Virus record (IMG/VR): IMGVR_UViG_3300010376_000101
Span: 1-30,108 of that record
Origin: a virus
Taxonomy: Duplodnaviria > Caudoviricetes
Length of the DNA: 30,108 nucleotides
Reading direction: 5' to 3' (one strand)
Both the position numbers and the translations under genes were made by a program. The notes below the pieces were generated by a model. The model did no database searches, had not been told where the DNA came from, and was given only the letters and a program-made list of their open reading frames with translations. Below, one piece after another: positions 25,191 through 30,108 of the stretch (within the stretch, counting starts at the first letter, position 1; each line of letters opens with the position of its first letter).

Positions 25191-27521
25191 ATGGCATACG
25201 GCAGTTTTGGCGAGGGCTTCGCCTCCGGCATGCAGGCAGGCAGCGAGGTCGGCCAGCGCGCGATGAACGCGTACTACGGTGCGTATGAGCGCAATGCCAA
25301 CGCTGCCGTCGCTGACCAGTTGAGGAACCCCGGCACGTCCACCAATACCTTCACGCCCGACCAGCTTCAGCAGCAGTACGGCGTGGATGCGGATACGGCC
25401 AACCAGATTTTTCAGGTCGCGCAGAACGATCCGAACAAGGCGCTGCAGATGGTCAACGCCTTGCAGTCTGCAAAAACCAGCGGAGTGCAGCAGGGCACTG
25501 CCATTGCAACGGGCGACACCGCTGGGGTGACCACGGCCCCTGTGCCGATGACCTCGCCCGCCTCGCAGGCCATCCCCGGCGCTGTAGCCCCCACAGCGGG
25601 CTCGCCGGTCATGGCTGATACATCCGGTGTCGGCGGCGTCACGGGCGGCACCACGGGCGCGGGAGGCCCTGCAGCGCCGCCTGTTGCCATCCCCACGACC
25701 GGCGGTGCGGGCGCAACGGTTGCGAATGCGCCGATACCCGCACCCGGCATGACCGCCGGTCCCCTCACGCAGGCCATCGGTGAAGGTGCACCGACGCCCC
25801 CGAGCGTTGCCGCTCCAGCGGCAGCACCTCCTTCGGCCATCCCTGCCGGTGCCCCGCAGGCAGCGGGTGGTGTGCCTGCAGCCGGTGCGCCTGCGTCCGG
25901 CTTCAACATTGGCATGGTCCCCGAGGCGTATCGCGACGCGTTCGCGCAGGCCATGAAGGATCACCCCAACGTGCCGCCCGGCGTGGTGGCGTCGATGATC
26001 CAGCAGGAATCAAGCTGGAATCCGAACGCCGTGAACAAAACAACCGGCGCGACCGGCATCGGGCAGTACATGCCGGACACCGCACAGCGCCTCGGGCTCG
26101 ATCCGCATGACGCTGCCGCCAGCATCGAGCAGACCTTCGCCGACTTCGACCGGCGGCTGCAGGGCGGCAGCAGCGTAACCGACGCCATCAAGGGGCACTA
26201 CGGCGGCGACGACCGCAGCCAGTGGGGGCCGAATACTGCCGCCTATGTCGGGCAGGTCGCCCAGCACTACGGCCAGTACGGTGTGGATTCGAGCAACCTC
26301 GCAGCGCGCCCCGCCACGCCGACCACGGCGGCTGCGCCCGCTGGCGGCACCACGCCGCAGGGTCCGCAGCGCGACGTGCTGAACGCCGATAACCGCATCG
26401 CCGAGCGCCCGTTCTACGGCACGGGCTCGACCCTGAAGCTGAACAGCGACGGCTCGATTTCGATCCAGCATCCGAACTCGACGGCGGACGGCTGGCGCAA
26501 TGCCGCGCAGAACTTCCTGCGCTTCGGCCACATGGCGGAAGCCGGTCAGGCGATGGACCGCTACTACGAGGCGCGCGCCGACGAGGTGCAGCAGCACGTG
26601 CGCGACGTGATGACCTCGAACCTGACCGATGACCAGAAGGTGGGCGCGCTGCACAACACTACGGGCCTGCAGATTTACAAGGTGGGCGACGGCCAGTATG
26701 TGTCACCGGAACTGACCGGCGCGCCGGACGCGAACGGCCAGTACCGGCGGCTGTCGATGAACGACCTGGGCAACTACGCGACGGCGCTGGCCACCAAGGG
26801 CGGCCTGATGGCGTATGACCAGCACCAGCAGCAGATGGCCACGCAGCGCGCGCAGGCTTACGAGGCGACGCGCCGGGGCGATTACTACGGCGCGATCATC
26901 CCGAGCCGCGAGGACATGGCCGCCGCGCGTCTGGCCGCACGCGGCGGTGCAGGCACCAAGCCGCCCGAAGGCAACATGGGCGAGTGGAACAAGACCGACA
27001 ATACGGTGCCGGTGCGCATGCCCACCGAGGACGGCAACGACTTCGTGACCCGCACCATGACCACCAACCCGCTGGGCGATGGACTGGCCAGCCAGCAGGC
27101 GGTCAGGCAGCTTGCGGACGACAAGGCCGAACTCGTGAAGAACCCCGACCCGCGCGTGAACGGCGCGGGCCAGTTCAAGATCGTGCCGGTGATCCGTGGC
27201 CTGCAGTACGATCCGCGCTCGAACCAGACGCAGGTGCCGCGCACCGCGCAGGGCAAGTACGATACAGGCGCGGGCGAACTCGGCTACCAGTTGCAGGTCC
27301 AGCAGCCGGACGGCACCTACCAGACGGTCGCCATCGACCCGCGTGCGGACAACAACACCATCTACCGGGGAGCCGGAGCCGGGCGCTACCCGACACTGAA
27401 GGCTGCGCAAACTGCAATGGATCGAGTCCAGAAAGTCACCACGCCGATACCCGGCCTTGCCCCGTCATCGGTAGGCTCCGTGCTGGGCGCGATCCCCGCG
27501 CCCGAACAGCAGCTTTACTGA
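25191..27521 (+). CDS. Internal virion protein with lytic transglycosylase (SLT) domain
   Basis: Start moved to ATG 25191 (TAAGGAG SD); SLT motifs MIQQESSWNPNAV, GATGIGQYMPDTA and HYGG...TAAYV. Confidence 0.88.
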   Translation: MAYGSFGEGFASGMQAGSEVGQRAMNAYYGAYERNANAAVADQLRNPGTSTNTFTPDQLQQQYGVDADTANQIFQVAQNDPNKALQMVNALQSAKTSGVQQGTAIATGDTAGVTTAPVPMTSPASQAIPGAVAPTAGSPVMADTSGVGGVTGGTTGAGGPAAPPVAIPTTGGAGATVANAPIPAPGMTAGPLTQAIGEGAPTPPSVAAPAAAPPSAIPAGAPQAAGGVPAAGAPASGFNIGMVPEAYRDAFAQAMKDHPNVPPGVVASMIQQESSWNPNAVNKTTGATGIGQYMPDTAQRLGLDPHDAAASIEQTFADFDRRLQGGSSVTDAIKGHYGGDDRSQWGPNTAAYVGQVAQHYGQYGVDSSNLAARPATPTTAAAPAGGTTPQGPQRDVLNADNRIAERPFYGTGSTLKLNSDGSISIQHPNSTADGWRNAAQNFLRFGHMAEAGQAMDRYYEARADEVQQHVRDVMTSNLTDDQKVGALHNTTGLQIYKVGDGQYVSPELTGAPDANGQYRRLSMNDLGNYATALATKGGLMAYDQHQQQMATQRAQAYEATRRGDYYGAIIPSREDMAAARLAARGGAGTKPPEGNMGEWNKTDNTVPVRMPTEDGNDFVTRTMTTNPLGDGLASQQAVRQLADDKAELVKNPDPRVNGAGQFKIVPVIRGLQYDPRSNQTQVPRTAQGKYDTGAGELGYQLQVQQPDGTYQTVAIDPRADNNTIYRGAGAGRYPTLKAAQTAMDRVQKVTTPIPGLAPSSVGSVLGAIPAPEQQLY

Positions 27522-27533
27522 CGGGAGCCAGCC

Positions 27534-30108
27534 ATGTCTGATGTCGTTGGCAACCCCTTCATGATGGACCCTTCGGCCTACGTACCATCGCCGGGCGCTG
27601 CGCCGCAGGGCGCGGTCACTGGACCGCCGCCGGGCATGGCCGTTGCGCCGTGGCAGGCCCCACGTCCCATCCCGGTTCCTGCGGGCGCTGTACCGACGCC
27701 CGGAGTCGGTCGTCCTGACTTCGTAACGACTGCACCCAGCGTGCAGCCCGCCAACATGTCCGACGACGCTGCCGAGGCAATGCGCAAGGCCGGGATGATG
27801 GACGTGGGCAGCGAGTACGCGCACACCTATCAGGACACGTCGCCTAACGCGCAGGGCCAGTGGAGCGACGTGGCGCGCGCTACCGGCCAGCGGCTGGTGG
27901 GTGCTGCCGAGGCGTTGTACGGCACGCTGGCGGATTCGCCCGAGGCGCGCCAGAACGCGGTGATCGCCGCACAGAACGCGCAGGCGTATGAAGCCAACGC
28001 CGCGCGTCAGGGCATGCCACAGGGACTGTCGGACATCCACGGTGTGGGCGACCTCGGCAAGATCATCGGCAAGGGGCTGATCGAGGGTGCGGGCAACATC
28101 GCGCCGATCGTCGGTGGCGGACTGGTGGCCGGTATTCCCGGCATGGTGGCGGGCGTCGCCGCCGACGCGCTGGTGCACTCCGGCACGAACCTGATGGATC
28201 AGGGTGCAGCCGGTCAGGCAATGGATGTTACGAGCGCGCTGGGCTACTCGATTCCGCAGTCGCTGCTCGATGTCGGCACCGCCGAAATGACCGGGGGCTC
28301 CGGTATCGGCGCGTCGATGCTCAAGGCGATCAGCGGCGGCGCGCGGGCCGGTGAGGCAGCCGCCGCTGGCGGCGCGAACTGGCTGATGCGCATGGGCGCA
28401 GGCGCGGCGGGCGAGGCCGTCGAACAGGCGGGCGTGGGTGCCGGGCAGGCTGCCCTGCAGGACCTCGCGACGAACCGCGACGTGACCTCGCATGACGTGC
28501 TGGAGGGGGCCATCCTCGGCGGCATGGCGGGCATCCCGTTCGGCGCGGCACGCGGCTTCCACGCCTCGACCGCGAAGCCGCCCATTCCCGAGGTCGAACC
28601 GACCAACCTGCTGCAGGATCAGGCAGGCACCGTGCTGCAACTCAAAGCGCCTGAAGCGGTTCCGCAGCTACCGGCACCGGCTGAACGCGGCGCGGCACCG
28701 CAATTGCCTGCACCCGCCGAGGTGCCGCGCCTGCCCGCGCCGCTGGGCTATGGCCAGCCGATGGTGGGGCCGCCGCCCGAACTGGTCGGACCGCACCCCT
28801 ACGCGCCGCAGCCGCAGACCATGATGCCCGCCGCGAACGTGCCGCGCACGCCGCCAGCCGGTGCCGATCAGGCTGCCATCCAGTCGCTGCAGGGCATCAC
28901 CGACACCCGTGGTCTGCCGCCGCCACCGGCAGGCGGTGCTGCCCCCGGTGGCCCGGCATCGCCGGTAGCGCGTGGTCCTGCATCGCCCATGGGCGGACCC
29001 GCCACACTGCCGATTGCACGTCCCGGCGAGGTGCCGCCGCTCGTTGGTCCCACCCGCCCGATTGAGGTGCCGCCCAGCAGTGCAGGTGGAGGCCCGCGAC
29101 CGGCGGCTCCGACCCCAACTGTACCAGCCATGCCGCCGCGCGCACAGGCCGCACTCGACCGCGCTGCTGCCTCCGCTGCCGCCGACCGCGCAGCCGCTGC
29201 CCGGCAGAGCGCCGCAGCAGCGCTGGCACAACCGCCTGTGATCGAGCGCACGCCCGTGCCTGGTGGGCGCACGCCCGAGGAAGCTGCACGCATGCAGGTC
29301 GCCGCCGCCCCCATCGTGGACACCATGCGCCAGGCATGGGCCGACCACAACAACGGCAGCGGCGCGGGCTTCGTGCAGGCGATGGGTAGCGTGCTGCAGC
29401 AGGCACGCGGCGACGCCGACCGCGCCGCGCAACTGATCCGCGACAAGGCCAGCAGCCGCACCAGCGTGAGTTACGACCGCCTCGACGCCATGCATCAGGC
29501 ACTGACCGGCGAGACGATGGAGCAGCATGCGCAGGGGCTGGCAGGACCGCCGTCGCCTGCCACCAGTGCACGCCAGCTACGCGTGGACTATGCGGCGACC
29601 GATAACCCGGCCACCCGCGACGCCCTGAACGCGGCGCACCAGCAGATCACCGGACAGGGCATTGATGACTTCAACGCTGCGCGTCGCGAGGCGCACGCCA
29701 CCGGCACTGCCGAAGCACCCGACACGGCGGCCAGCGTGCGCCAGCTACGCGTCGATTACGCCTCGACGGAAGACCCCGCAGCGCGTGAGGCGCTGAACCG
29801 CGCCCACGAAGCGCTCACCGGCCAGTCCATCGAGGATTTCAACGCGGCACGCCGTGCCGCACACGAAGGAGAGGGAAATGCCCCTGAAGTCCGGCAACAG
29901 CAGGCAGACAATCTCGGAGAACATCTCGGAGATGGTGAAGGCGGGGCACCCGCAGAAGGAGGCGGTGGCGGCGAGCCTGTCGAACGCGCGGCGAACCGGC
30001 CCGAAGCCGTTCAAGCAGCCGAGGGAGTCGGCCAACCCGTTCGCCCGCCTGCCGAAGAAGCCGCGCCGCGCCCGGTAAGCGCGATCAGCCGCTGGATGCA
30101 GACGGCAC
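27534..30108 (+). CDS. Large internal virion / ejection protein (partial, >858 aa)
   Basis: Hand-translated with no stop from ATG 27534 (GGGAG SD) to the window end; Gly/Ala-rich membrane-like segments, Pro-rich linker, internal repeats. Confidence 0.85.
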   Translation, partial: MSDVVGNPFMMDPSAYVPSPGAAPQGAVTGPPPGMAVAPWQAPRPIPVPAGAVPTPGVGRPDFVTTAPSVQPANMSDDAAEAMRKAGMMDVGSEYAHTYQDTSPNAQGQWSDVARATGQRLVGAAEALYGTLADSPEARQNAVIAAQNAQAYEANAARQGMPQGLSDIHGVGDLGKIIGKGLIEGAGNIAPIVGGGLVAGIPGMVAGVAADALVHSGTNLMDQGAAGQAMDVTSALGYSIPQSLLDVGTAEMTGGSGIGASMLKAISGGARAGEAAAAGGANWLMRMGAGAAGEAVEQAGVGAGQAALQDLATNRDVTSHDVLEGAILGGMAGIPFGAARGFHASTAKPPIPEVEPTNLLQDQAGTVLQLKAPEAVPQLPAPAERGAAPQLPAPAEVPRLPAPLGYGQPMVGPPPELVGPHPYAPQPQTMMPAANVPRTPPAGADQAAIQSLQGITDTRGLPPPPAGGAAPGGPASPVARGPASPMGGPATLPIARPGEVPPLVGPTRPIEVPPSSAGGGPRPAAPTPTVPAMPPRAQAALDRAAASAAADRAAAARQSAAAALAQPPVIERTPVPGGRTPEEAARMQVAAAPIVDTMRQAWADHNNGSGAGFVQAMGSVLQQARGDADRAAQLIRDKASSRTSVSYDRLDAMHQALTGETMEQHAQGLAGPPSPATSARQLRVDYAATDNPATRDALNAAHQQITGQGIDDFNAARREAHATGTAEAPDTAASVRQLRVDYASTEDPAAREALNRAHEALTGQSIEDFNAARRAAHEGEGNAPEVRQQQADNLGEHLGDGEGGAPAEGGGGGEPVERAANRPEAVQAAEGVGQPVRPPAEEAAPRPVSAISRWMQTA
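29559..29864 (+). repeat. Internal coding duplication, period 168 nt (56 aa)
   Basis: [46 protein letters not shown] vs [46 protein letters not shown] (32/46 identical by hand). Confidence 0.9.
29878..30078 (+). CDS. Nested small basic protein, 66 aa ([39 protein letters not shown]...), in the +1 frame inside the large ejection ORF
   Basis: AAGGAG SD 6 nt before the ATG; 64 of 66 codons end in G/C; resembles the recurrent phage MPLKxGxS...IS.NI...G.PQKQAVA family. Confidence 0.8.
   Translation: MPLKSGNSRQTISENISEMVKAGHPQKEAVAASLSNARRTGPKPFKQPRESANPFARLPKKPRRAR

Overview
This window is a 30-kb piece of a GC-rich dsDNA tailed phage genome with a podovirus-type (short-tail, ejection-protein) gene order. 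Positions 1-2640 hold leftward, probably early genes with sigma70-like promoters and a terminator, plus an AT-rich, iteron- and palindrome-rich non-coding block (about 1140-1725). A C-run/palindrome cluster at about 2685-2790 may be the packaging or terminus region. Three small leftward genes follow, one with an HEXXH motif. From 3961 a long rightward morphogenesis module runs: a Tad2/DUF2829-like anti-defence gene, probable TerS, a lipoprotein, TerL, portal, scaffold, major capsid, adaptor and tail proteins, three tandem paralogous fibre genes with a chaperone-like ORF, a tail-collar fibre, a nozzle-like protein, a GNAT-like protein and three ejection proteins. One ejection protein carries a lytic transglycosylase domain; the last runs off the window. 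The most striking observations are (1) a small basic-protein gene with its own SD and strong codon bias fully nested in the +1 frame of the giant ejection-protein ORF, with a possible second case near 21.2 kb; (2) a Tad2-like domain fused to a basic Pro-rich tail that has its own in-frame SD/start; (3) strong GAG/CTC depletion in the gene next to the putative terminus; and (4) a candidate origin with TGTCCCA iterons. I saw no integrase, replication genes, recognisable holin/endolysin, tRNA, CRISPR or reverse transcriptase. All family assignments come from motif recognition and gene order, not from database searches.
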